Source of the DNA: an uncultured virus (IMG/VR IMGVR_UViG_3300025723_000025)
Lineage: Duplodnaviria; Heunggongvirae; Uroviricota; Caudoviricetes
DNA length: 64,000 bases
IMG/VR virus record: IMGVR_UViG_3300025723_000025
Strand: one strand, 5' to 3'
The notes under the pieces were generated by a model, which searched no databases, was not told the origin of the DNA, and worked only from the letters and a program-made list of their open reading frames with translations. Both the position numbers and the translations under genes were made by a program. Positions 1 to 7,659 of the stretch are shown here, one piece after another; position 1 is the first letter of the stretch; every line of letters begins with the position of its first letter.

Positions 1-76
1 CATTGTATGTGCTCGATCAAGAAGCCAAAGCATTGGCTGACAAAGTTAAAGCAATGAAGTCCGACATCGCCAACAA
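1..76 (+). repeat. Exact 76-nt direct repeat with 54702-54777
   Basis: Base-by-base identity up to ...ccaacaa, then a vs g. Confidence 0.9.
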
Positions 77-251
77 ATACGGAGAAGGAAAACACGCTGG
101 TGAGTTGCATAGCGTTGAAGTCAAGTTGGTTCAAGTATCCGGCACAGTTGACTACGCCGCCCTTTGCGTTGAGTACGGTATCACTGAAGAGACTCTCAAC
201 AAGTTCCGAAAAGAAGGTCGTGCTGACATTCGTGTTTCACCTAAGAAATAA
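3..251 (+). CDS. Hypothetical phage protein (5' truncated)
   Basis: Protein identical to the C-terminal part of 54632..54952, with synonymous nucleotide changes. Confidence 0.85.
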   Translation: MYVLDQEAKALADKVKAMKSDIANKYGEGKHAGELHSVEVKLVQVSGTVDYAALCVEYGITEETLNKFRKEGRADIRVSPKK

Positions 252-262
252 GGAGAACAACC

Positions 263-646
263 ATGTACGGTTCACTAATCAATCGCTTACAAGAACGCAT
301 GGTTGTAGGGGCTCCGGCCCCAACAATCGGAATGGGCGTCACAATGACTTCTTACTCTGATCGCCATGCTGGCACCATCATTAAAGTTGAGAAGGTAGGT
401 AAAGGCACTTTGATTCACGTCCAGCAGGACAACGTCAAGCGTCTTGATAACAATGGCATGTCTGAGAGTCAAGACTATGAGTTCTCGCCAAATCCTAACG
501 GCCCTATCTACTACTACAAACAAAAAGAACCTAACACTCGCTGGGTTCAGATGTACATCAACCCTGAGACTGGAAGATTTAACAAGACTGATGCCGGGGG
601 TTTATTTGTAGGTGAGCGTGACGAGTATTACGACTATTCTTTTTAA
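263..646 (+). CDS. Hypothetical phage protein
   Basis: AGGAG RBS; close homologue at 55189..55572. Confidence 0.85.
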   Translation: MYGSLINRLQERMVVGAPAPTIGMGVTMTSYSDRHAGTIIKVEKVGKGTLIHVQQDNVKRLDNNGMSESQDYEFSPNPNGPIYYYKQKEPNTRWVQMYINPETGRFNKTDAGGLFVGERDEYYDYSF

Positions 647-655
647 GGAGGCAGT

Positions 656-868
656 ATGCATAAAGACAATCAACATGTTTGGACAGCCGCAGGTACAGAT
701 ATCACTATTCGCTGGCGTGCCTTAGGTTATGTGCCGCCAAGCGAACTCAAAGAGTATCAGGACAAGTGGAAGTACTACCAAGAGCTCCCACTGCGTAAGC
801 TGGACGATTTAGGCCGTAAACAGTATGAAGAGGTATTGCGTCGTGCCAAAGTTGCGAGGATCAAATGA
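656..868 (+). CDS. Hypothetical phage protein
   Basis: AGGAGG RBS; homologue at 55582..55794. Confidence 0.85.
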   Translation: MHKDNQHVWTAAGTDITIRWRALGYVPPSELKEYQDKWKYYQELPLRKLDDLGRKQYEEVLRRAKVARIK

Positions 869-1167
869 AACCACATCCACACAAACATTTAATAATTGCT
901 TGGGCCAATGGCGCAAAAATACAAAGATGGGCACACATAGACTCATGCTGGAAAGATTTATCGGCGCACCCAGTATGGGATGAGAATCAAATATATCGAC
1001 TCAAGCCTGAGCCAAAAGACGATATTGTCAAGTTCATCAATGTACGTCTTCAATACAAAGATACTGGCATATGCAGGTGGGATTCATGCGATGAGCAATA
1101 TGCCAATCTTAAATTGGTATTTGATGGCGATACAGGTGAAATTAAATTAGCAGAGGTTTTAAAGTAA
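865..1167 (+). CDS. Hypothetical phage protein (AWAxGAxIQ...YRxKP type)
   Basis: ATGA overlap; homologue at 55791..56027. Confidence 0.8.
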   Translation: MKPHPHKHLIIAWANGAKIQRWAHIDSCWKDLSAHPVWDENQIYRLKPEPKDDIVKFINVRLQYKDTGICRWDSCDEQYANLKLVFDGDTGEIKLAEVLK

Positions 1168-1487
1168 TGTGGAAATCTAAATACAACTCAGCATTTGAAG
1201 AAGAGAAAAAGACTTTGGAAGAAAGGATTAAAAAGCTGGAATCCAAAGTATGTGTTCTTGAATATGCGACAAGGATAGTTATCCCTCAAGATCCTAGCTT
1301 CTATCGTGGCCCATATCATGAATGGCCTGCAGTATCAGTTAGCAGAGCCATTGAAATGATCTTGGAGCACTTGGATCTTGTTTTGGAAGACATTCCTGCG
1401 ACTCAGCCACGCACAATTCTTAAAAAGAAAGAAACAGTAGTTGTAGGAACAATACCAAGCGACGAGGAAAAATATGAAGTCCAATAA
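1167..1487 (+). CDS. Hypothetical protein
   Basis: TAATG coupling; absent from second copy. Confidence 0.7.
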   Translation: MWKSKYNSAFEEEKKTLEERIKKLESKVCVLEYATRIVIPQDPSFYRGPYHEWPAVSVSRAIEMILEHLDLVLEDIPATQPRTILKKKETVVVGTIPSDEEKYEVQ

Positions 1488-1692
1488 AAAAAATATTAGT
1501 AACGATTCATTGGAAAGGTTGGTATTGGCTTTAATGCAATGCACTGATGAAGATGGATTCTTGCTAAACATTAGCCCAGCAATGGCTTTTCAAGATTGGC
1601 TGATAAAGTTATATCCGAAACCAATACAAGATATGTGGTCAAGGCAACATTCAGTAGAAATACCAGAAAAGGAAAGAAATGAAGGCTCGTAA
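1474..1692 (+). CDS. Hypothetical protein
   Basis: Homologue at 56024..56236. Confidence 0.8.
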   Translation: MKSNKKNISNDSLERLVLALMQCTDEDGFLLNISPAMAFQDWLIKLYPKPIQDMWSRQHSVEIPEKERNEGS

Positions 1693-1903
1693 ACATCGTG
1701 GTGGCTTTGCAGAAAGCATGGCAACAATGAAGGAGATCCCGGCAACGCTAGATGCTGTGTCGGAATACTTTGGAATCCCAAAAGAAAAGATTAAGCTCGA
1801 GAAGGGCCGCACGTTTGATGATCGTACTGGCTGGGAGTCTGAGTACTGGTATGTGGAAACAGAACATGGAGTTTATGGAATGATTAGCGAGGAAGCGAAA
1901 TGA
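1679..1903 (+). CDS. Hypothetical protein
   Basis: Overlapping operon arrangement with RBS. Confidence 0.7.
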   Translation: MKARKHRGGFAESMATMKEIPATLDAVSEYFGIPKEKIKLEKGRTFDDRTGWESEYWYVETEHGVYGMISEEAK

Positions 1904-2226
1904 ACAACAAAAAAGAGATGAGCCAGTTGCAACGTCAACTGTTGAGCGGCGGCGGAGCTGTAACCCTATTTACCCAGCAGGAGTTCGATGACGCATTGGA
2001 CGAGGCCAAGGGCGAGATTATGCTGATCGCTATGCAGACAGCCAAACAGGCAGTAGAGCTCGAGCGTGAAGAGTGCGCCAAAGTTGCAGAAGCAATGGAG
2101 CGTGAACGCTTCAACAACGTAGGCGATCCTAGAATCCCTGAATTCAAATCCTACATTGCAGAGGCTATTCGTACTCGCTTAGACAAGAAGGAGGCCCAAA
2201 ATGGGGGGATTCTCACGTCGAATTAA
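1900..2226 (+). CDS. Hypothetical protein (EREECAKVAE motif)
   Basis: Homologue at 56229..56543. Confidence 0.8.
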   Translation: MNNKKEMSQLQRQLLSGGGAVTLFTQQEFDDALDEAKGEIMLIAMQTAKQAVELEREECAKVAEAMERERFNNVGDPRIPEFKSYIAEAIRTRLDKKEAQNGGILTSN

Positions 2227-2479
2227 TCCAGTAGCACGCATTCGAGAGCAGATCGATGTATCTGAAAAGGTTGAACGCTTAGGCATGAGCATTCCATTGG
2301 AATTCAAGAATGAAGAGCTGGAAGACTTGGCAATCTTTGCAAAATGCTACGTATTCAGCGGTCAACGTCTGAATGAGTTCGTGGATGAGATAGTCAAAAC
2401 GGCCTACGAAGAGACTTTCAACCTATTAAAGCGACGTATGAGCGTCGAAGAGGAGAGCTGGAGTGAAAACAAAAATTGA
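2201..2479 (+). CDS. Hypothetical protein
   Basis: Homologue at 56521..56778. Confidence 0.8.
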   Translation: MGGFSRRINPVARIREQIDVSEKVERLGMSIPLEFKNEELEDLAIFAKCYVFSGQRLNEFVDEIVKTAYEETFNLLKRRMSVEEESWSENKN

Positions 2480-2798
2480 GAAGGATGTCGAGGCTGTGGC
2501 TGAAATCTTGCAAAGGATTGACCCAGTCATGTACAGATACGTCAGCAAGCTCTTAAAAGCCCATGGAAGCGACGTAACCCTGAGCGTGTCTGCCAACATC
2601 GCCACGACCCTCGTATGCTTCTCTGTGCTCATTGTGGAGCGTAGTGGGGCCGATGTGGACGCATTCATGTCCGTATTGCTCAAAGAGGTCAAAAACAAGT
2701 ACGACATGGCCCATGCCGGGGTAGAAACCCATGATCTCTTGCAAAAGATCATGAAGGGCAATCCCGGTAGCAATACGACTTGCAAGCCGTTGCATTAA
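2463..2798 (+). CDS. Hypothetical protein
   Basis: Homologue at 56768..57103. Confidence 0.8.
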   Translation: MKTKIEKDVEAVAEILQRIDPVMYRYVSKLLKAHGSDVTLSVSANIATTLVCFSVLIVERSGADVDAFMSVLLKEVKNKYDMAHAGVETHDLLQKIMKGNPGSNTTCKPLH

Positions 2799-2802
2799 AT
2801 AT

Positions 2803-2860
2803 TTGACAAGGGAATCTAACTTCGTGTTAGAATCTAATCACTGCAATAAAGCAGGTTTAT
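2803..2860 (+). promoter_or_regulatory. Sigma70-like promoter with overlapping 17-bp operator and leader hairpin
   Basis: TTGACA 2803-2808, TAGAAT 2828-2833, dyad TCTAAC-N5-GTTAGA 2815-2831, CTGC-N6-GCAG hairpin. Confidence 0.75.
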
Positions 2861-2875
2861 AACTAGGAGTTAGAG

Positions 2876-3145
2876 ATGACTGAAGAATTCAAAACGATGG
2901 CAGAAGTAGTCCAAGGTGTATTCAGGAACACCAAGCCTTTGATGGCTTATTGTGACTACATCGCTCACCTGATCCAAAGCAGTTTGAAGGTGGAAGACAC
3001 CAACGAGCAGAGTCTGCTTTCTAGCGTAGGCCACGCCAAGATGGATTTGAACGCCAATGGCTCATTCGTTTCAACCAAGAAAACCATTGATGTGGAAGAC
3101 CGTTTCGGCAAGAAGTACCGCATCACAGTGGAGGAGATCAAATAA
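2876..3145 (+). CDS. Hypothetical protein
   Basis: Homologue at 57910..58176. Confidence 0.8.
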   Translation: MTEEFKTMAEVVQGVFRNTKPLMAYCDYIAHLIQSSLKVEDTNEQSLLSSVGHAKMDLNANGSFVSTKKTIDVEDRFGKKYRITVEEIK

Positions 3146-3249
3146 TGAATGAAGAAACACTTTTGGAAAAGATCATCATTTCGGTCTTATTTGTAAGCAG
3201 TGTAGTCGGACTACTCTTTATGCCCGACATCACATCACTTTGGAGATAA
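3145..3249 (+). CDS. Small membrane protein (34 aa, not in ORF track)
   Basis: GGAGG RBS; one hydrophobic segment; resembles N-terminus of 58173..58394. Confidence 0.55.
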   Translation: MNEETLLEKIIISVLFVSSVVGLLFMPDITSLWR

Positions 3250-3251
3250 CC

Positions 3252-3515
3252 ATGGCAGTAGCTAAGAAAGCAGTTGCGGCAAAGAAAACAGCCGTTAAAA
3301 AGGCACCAGCACCACTCAAGAACCCAGCAGTTCCTAAAGAGGAGTTGTTCGCAATGCCTCAGCAGGTAAAAGACTGGATTGAGCGTGCAGGCTCCATCAT
3401 GAAGCACCAAGAGGGCAAGATCCAATCCATGGAAACTGAGCTCAAAGAGCTTCGTGCGTACAAAAAATGGGCGACAGCTCGCATCACGGAGAGTGACTAT
3501 GGATCAAGAGCTTAA
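3252..3515 (+). CDS. Hypothetical protein with Lys/Ala-rich N-terminus and coiled coil
   Basis: Homologue at 58384..58644. Confidence 0.8.
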   Translation: MAVAKKAVAAKKTAVKKAPAPLKNPAVPKEELFAMPQQVKDWIERAGSIMKHQEGKIQSMETELKELRAYKKWATARITESDYGSRA

Positions 3516-3834
3516 CGTCCAAGAGGTGCCACAAATGCCAAGCCACAATATCTGCTTTTACAAGGATGACAAGCAAATGGGAATCTTGGACTTCAATGGC
3601 CCTAAGATGACCTTTGACGGGGACATGGAAGAGTCTGCAAAGCTTTTCCTGCAATTCTTAGTCCAATCGTTTAATGAGCGTTTAATCCAAGAGCGTGACA
3701 CAGAGCGTAAAGAGCTCGAGCTGGAGCTGTTGAAACTCAAAGGCAAAGCAATTGGCGCAGATGGATATATGCAAGGCCGCTGGGATCTGATTGGCGAGAT
3801 GCAAGACATCATCTTGGCCCGGCTGGGCAAATAA
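3499..3834 (+). CDS. Hypothetical protein
   Basis: ORF in operon context; start chosen from RBS. Confidence 0.65.
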   Translation: MDQELNVQEVPQMPSHNICFYKDDKQMGILDFNGPKMTFDGDMEESAKLFLQFLVQSFNERLIQERDTERKELELELLKLKGKAIGADGYMQGRWDLIGEMQDIILARLGK

Positions 3835-3841
3835 CTTTCAA

Positions 3842-3913
3842 TGGGGAAGGGCTGACACTATTCGGCACAGGCCATACGAGGCGACATGTATACAAAAAGA
3901 CTGTCCTTCCCCA
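3842..3913 (+). ncRNA. Candidate conserved structured RNA/DNA element
   Basis: Near-identical copy at 58651-58722 between different flanking genes; TGGGGAAGG/CCTTCCCCA closing stem. Confidence 0.5.
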
Positions 3914-3931
3914 CCCTTTTATAGATAAACC

Positions 3932-4183
3932 ATGACACCTTTTGAAATATCAGTAGCACTTCACTACGCCACATGCCTAGGAGACTTCAGAGACGGAGAC
4001 TTCTCTGCCCCTATATTCGAGACTCTTATTCCAGAGTTCCTGAGTGCTGGATTGCTGGACTATGAGAGATCATCAGATGCAATATACAAGGGAACCCCGA
4101 AGCTCAAAGCCTATGTGGACAAGCTTCAATCCATTCCCCTGCCAACTGTGAAGTACGTTTTTGAGGATGACGCACCATGGTAA
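3932..4183 (+). CDS. Hypothetical protein
   Basis: ORF in operon context. Confidence 0.65.
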   Translation: MTPFEISVALHYATCLGDFRDGDFSAPIFETLIPEFLSAGLLDYERSSDAIYKGTPKLKAYVDKLQSIPLPTVKYVFEDDAPW

Positions 4184-4437
4184 GAAAAGAACCGATCGCA
4201 TGGATAGCATTTGATTCACCAACTGAAGTCTACTTCAATGCATGTCGGGAAAAGTTGCCTTACAGACTCTATGAGAGTGCTATGGCTCTTTATGCTCAAG
4301 ACTATGTGCTTGATTTAGAGATACAAATCAAACTTAAAGAAAAAACAATTGATGATTTGTTGGCACAAAATGAGGCGTTGAAAAACGAATTAAAGCTAAT
4401 TGATGAATTGGTAGCTGGAAAGGAACAAAAGAAATGA
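4177..4437 (+). CDS. Hypothetical protein (EPIAW motif)
   Basis: RBS, overlap; EPVAW-type motif also at 59473. Confidence 0.7.
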   Translation: MVRKEPIAWIAFDSPTEVYFNACREKLPYRLYESAMALYAQDYVLDLEIQIKLKEKTIDDLLAQNEALKNELKLIDELVAGKEQKK

Positions 4438-4646
4438 GCGAAATAGTCATCATTCACTGCGACAAGTGCAACTCCCCTGAAGTAATCCATGAACCAGTAT
4501 TAGCACCTCCAACCGAAGTGCACAAAACCATGTCTGAGGTAAAACAGCATGGCAGATACTCAAATACCAGCCATTCCGTTTATTACTTCACAACCTACCG
4601 CATGGTTTGCAAAGAATGCGGACATATAGAAAAATACCAGCAATGA
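4434..4646 (+). CDS. Small zinc-ribbon-like protein
   Basis: CDKC and CKEC pairs; ATGA overlap. Confidence 0.7.
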   Translation: MSEIVIIHCDKCNSPEVIHEPVLAPPTEVHKTMSEVKQHGRYSNTSHSVYYFTTYRMVCKECGHIEKYQQ

Positions 4647-4740
4647 TCGATATTCCACAAATTTTAATTATTGCAATTTGCATATTAGGATTAATCATGG
4701 GTTCGATGTCTTTGTACTTAATAATGAAATTTCTAGAAAA

Positions 4741-5067
4741 ATGAACAATATCCCACATATCGTAGACACAGGAGCCAGCGTCCCAAATGGTGATGGCGTG
4801 AGCCTGAATAGCATGGCTCATCCAATCAATCCTGATTCGCTGGAGACTATTGAAATAGAAATCCCCGAAGAGCCAAATACCAATATCTCCGACACCATGA
4901 TCATGACCTCAACTGACGCCCTTCTCTATGGCTGTGGATTTGTCAGAATCACAAACCATCCTAATGGAATGACAGTGAGCAGAATCACTAAGGATCAATG
5001 GCTTGAGACCGCAGATCAACTGAAATGGATGGCGGAACAGAAATGGGTAGACAATGCCAAACCTTAG
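4741..5067 (+). CDS. Hypothetical protein
   Basis: N-terminus MNNIPHIVDTGASV shared with 59279..59476. Confidence 0.7.
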   Translation: MNNIPHIVDTGASVPNGDGVSLNSMAHPINPDSLETIEIEIPEEPNTNISDTMIMTSTDALLYGCGFVRITNHPNGMTVSRITKDQWLETADQLKWMAEQKWVDNAKP

Positions 5068-5278
5068 AGAGATCGATTTGGAAGAAGCTATCAATCAGAT
5101 GGCTGGAATGGTTAAGAGAAATCCCATCAACATTAGGCCAAAAGTATTGCTGGTTTATCCACCGTACATTAACAAAGCACTTTTGATCCTAGGATTAATC
5201 AAACACCCAGTAAAAAAGGTAAGCGGCCTGCGCAAAAGAAAACGGGCACTTTACTGGAGAACTACCCGAAAACACTAA
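5054..5278 (+). CDS. Hypothetical basic protein
   Basis: ORF in operon context. Confidence 0.6.
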   Translation: MPNLREIDLEEAINQMAGMVKRNPINIRPKVLLVYPPYINKALLILGLIKHPVKKVSGLRKRKRALYWRTTRKH

Positions 5279-5336
5279 TTTCATATTACACTTCATCCTA
5301 TATGCACTGAAACGAATGTGTGAAAAGGATATAGAG

Positions 5337-5837
5337 ATGACAGCAGTAAAGAAATCTAAAGGAGGAAGACCCTCAGTCTTCTCTCAAGAGGTAGCAGACA
5401 AGATCTGTGAACGCCTCTCACATGGGGAATCATTACGTTCAATAATCAAAGATGATGGGATGCCAGCACAGTCGACTGTGTATGAGTGGTTGTTCAAGAA
5501 CAAGACGTTTGCGGAGCAATACGCACGTGCACGTGAGGAACAAGCCGACTCCTTGGCTGATGAGATCATCGCAATCGCTGATGAACAGCCCGAAGTCATC
5601 GAAGTACGGGATAAGGATGGGAACATCATTGACCATAAGCTGGACTCAGCCTTCTTAGCGTGGCAAAAGAATCGTATTGATGCCCGTAAGTGGACGGCAA
5701 TGAAGCTCAAGCCTAAGAAGTACGGTGACAAGCTTGTCCATGCTGGCGATGACGATAACCCTGTAGTCGTGGAGAACAACCTCAACGTATTCGGGGAGTT
5801 GCTCAAATCGATGAAGATGGCGAGACAAGCAGAATGA
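5337..5837 (+). CDS. terS: Terminase small subunit (Sf6/P22-like HTH type)
   Basis: GRPS..EVADKICERLSHGESLRSI, YARAREEQAD, DARKW..PKKYGDK motifs; directly upstream of TerL. Confidence 0.85.
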   Translation: MTAVKKSKGGRPSVFSQEVADKICERLSHGESLRSIIKDDGMPAQSTVYEWLFKNKTFAEQYARAREEQADSLADEIIAIADEQPEVIEVRDKDGNIIDHKLDSAFLAWQKNRIDARKWTAMKLKPKKYGDKLVHAGDDDNPVVVENNLNVFGELLKSMKMARQAE

Positions 5838-5895
5838 ACGATTCAACTGAAAGCTGGGAAGCCATTCAAAAACGCTTAAGGGAATTAGGCTTGCT

Positions 5896-7329
5896 ATGAG
5901 TGTCGTTCAATCGATACTTAATGATGAACAGGGCCTAACAGAGGAATATCTCAAGCTCACCCCTATTGCTCAGGCGGTAGTCAATTGGCAATTCAAGTGG
6001 TACAAACAAGCGCATAAGCATCAGATTGAGCCTGCTGGCGACTGGTGGAACATATGGCTCATGCTCGCTGGGCGTGGTGCTGGTAAGACTAGAGCGGCGG
6101 CAGAGACATTGGCAGGCTGGGCATGGGAAGAGCCCAATACACGCTGGTTAGTGTCCGCTCCTACATCAGGAGACTTAAAGGGCACCTGCTTTGAAGGCGA
6201 CTCCGGCCTACTGTCTGTCATTCCCAAAGAACTCATACTCAAGTACAACTCATCCCTGCATGAGATCCATTTAGTCAATGGGTCATTCATTAAGGGCATT
6301 CCGGCCTCAGAACCTGAGCGTTTCCGTGGCCCACAGTTCCATGGAGGTTGGCTAGACGAGCTGGCGGCATGGGAATACCTCCAAGACTCATGGGACATGA
6401 TCCAGTTCGGTATCCGTCTCGGTCAAAGAACTAAGCTCATCTGCTCGACTACACCAAAGCCTAAGCCAGTTGTCATGGACTTACTGGGGCGTGAAGGAGA
6501 TGACGTCGTAGTCACAAGGGCCTCGACCTATGTGAACGTAGCCAACCTCGCCCCATCCTTTCAGAAGCAGATCCTTCAGTACGAGGGCACGAACTTAGGA
6601 CGCCAAGAGATCCACGCAGAGATCATCGACCCTGAAGAAGGAGGCATCGTCAAGCGTGACTGGTTCCGACTATGGCCCAACAATAAGCCATTCCCCAAGC
6701 TGGAGTACATCATCCAGTCCTATGACTGCGCTACATCCGATAAGACTTACAACGATCCGACAGGCTCGATCACCATGGCAGTCTTCAAGCCAATGGATGG
6801 CGGTATGAGCGTGCTGATCCTAGACTGCTGGCAAGAGCACCTCCAATACCCTGACCTCAGGCCAAAGGTGCTGGACGAGTACGAAGTCGTCTATGGGGAA
6901 GGCAAAGACAGAAAGCTGGTAGACCTCGTCCTAGTCGAGGACAAGTCAGCCGGGATATCCCTGATCCAAGACTTACAGCGTGCCCACCTGCCTGTTCACG
7001 CATATAACCCCGGCAGAGCTGACAAAGTCCAACGCCTATCGATCGTGGCGAACATCATCAAGGCCGGACGAGTATGGGTTCCTGAATCAGGGAACCGCAA
7101 GGGATTCGTCAGGGATTGGGCCGAAGGAATGGTAAGTCAGATCTGCTCCTTCCCTGAGGGAACTGAGCACGATGAGTTCGTGGACTGCATCAGCCAAGGA
7201 CTACGGTACTTACGGGACGCAGGATGGATCAGCATCGACGCCCCACCAAGAGAAGAGATCGAAGCCGAAGATATCTCAGACGCAGAGATCTACAATAAAC
7301 GCCAAAGGACTAATCCGTATGCGGCATAG
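5896..7329 (+). CDS. terL: Terminase large subunit
   Basis: Walker A GRGAGKT, Walker B WLDE, STTP coupling motif, C-terminal nuclease (SYD, VEDK, HDEFVD). Confidence 0.95.
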   Translation: MSVVQSILNDEQGLTEEYLKLTPIAQAVVNWQFKWYKQAHKHQIEPAGDWWNIWLMLAGRGAGKTRAAAETLAGWAWEEPNTRWLVSAPTSGDLKGTCFEGDSGLLSVIPKELILKYNSSLHEIHLVNGSFIKGIPASEPERFRGPQFHGGWLDELAAWEYLQDSWDMIQFGIRLGQRTKLICSTTPKPKPVVMDLLGREGDDVVVTRASTYVNVANLAPSFQKQILQYEGTNLGRQEIHAEIIDPEEGGIVKRDWFRLWPNNKPFPKLEYIIQSYDCATSDKTYNDPTGSITMAVFKPMDGGMSVLILDCWQEHLQYPDLRPKVLDEYEVVYGEGKDRKLVDLVLVEDKSAGISLIQDLQRAHLPVHAYNPGRADKVQRLSIVANIIKAGRVWVPESGNRKGFVRDWAEGMVSQICSFPEGTEHDEFVDCISQGLRYLRDAGWISIDAPPREEIEAEDISDAEIYNKRQRTNPYAA

Positions 7330-7346
7330 GTGTAGTCGGACTACAC
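7330..7346. promoter_or_regulatory. Palindrome GTGTAGTCGGACTACAC (candidate parS-like site)
   Basis: Related copies at 3200-3214, 23257-23270, 34192-34205 and 47138-47152. Confidence 0.55.
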
Positions 7347-7369
7347 TTTCAATCTAAAGGGAGGAGGGA

Positions 7370-7594
7370 ATGAGCAATGAAGACTACATGTATATTGAAC
7401 AGACCGAGCGTGCTTACGTCAAAGTCGTCAACCTCGATGGCGTCAAAACCACCGTCAGTGCCAACCGTTTCGAGATCTGTGTGCAGGCTAACACAGAGAT
7501 ATGGGAGCAACTTGCCGTCCAACATCTCCGAGATTGGATCAAGTGGCGTAAAGAGCAAGAGGAGTTGCGAGAGTCTAGGCGTGTGTCAGGCTGA
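7370..7594 (+). CDS. Hypothetical protein
   Basis: Strong RBS; homologue at 62374..62601. Confidence 0.8.
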   Translation: MSNEDYMYIEQTERAYVKVVNLDGVKTTVSANRFEICVQANTEIWEQLAVQHLRDWIKWRKEQEELRESRRVSG

Positions 7595-7628
7595 TGGTCG
7601 TTGCCCAAATTGTCCGCCCATAGCATAA
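7377..7628 (+). CDS. Overlapping +1-frame ORF with conserved Cys4 C-terminus
   Basis: RSCESLGVCQxDGRCPNCPPIA conserved at 62384..62635, mostly through synonymous changes. Confidence 0.55.
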   Translation: MKTTCILNRPSVLTSKSSTSMASKPPSVPTVSRSVCRLTQRYGSNLPSNISEIGSSGVKSKRSCESLGVCQADGRCPNCPPIA

Positions 7629-7659
7629 TTACACCAATCAAACAAAACTGGATCTGATC

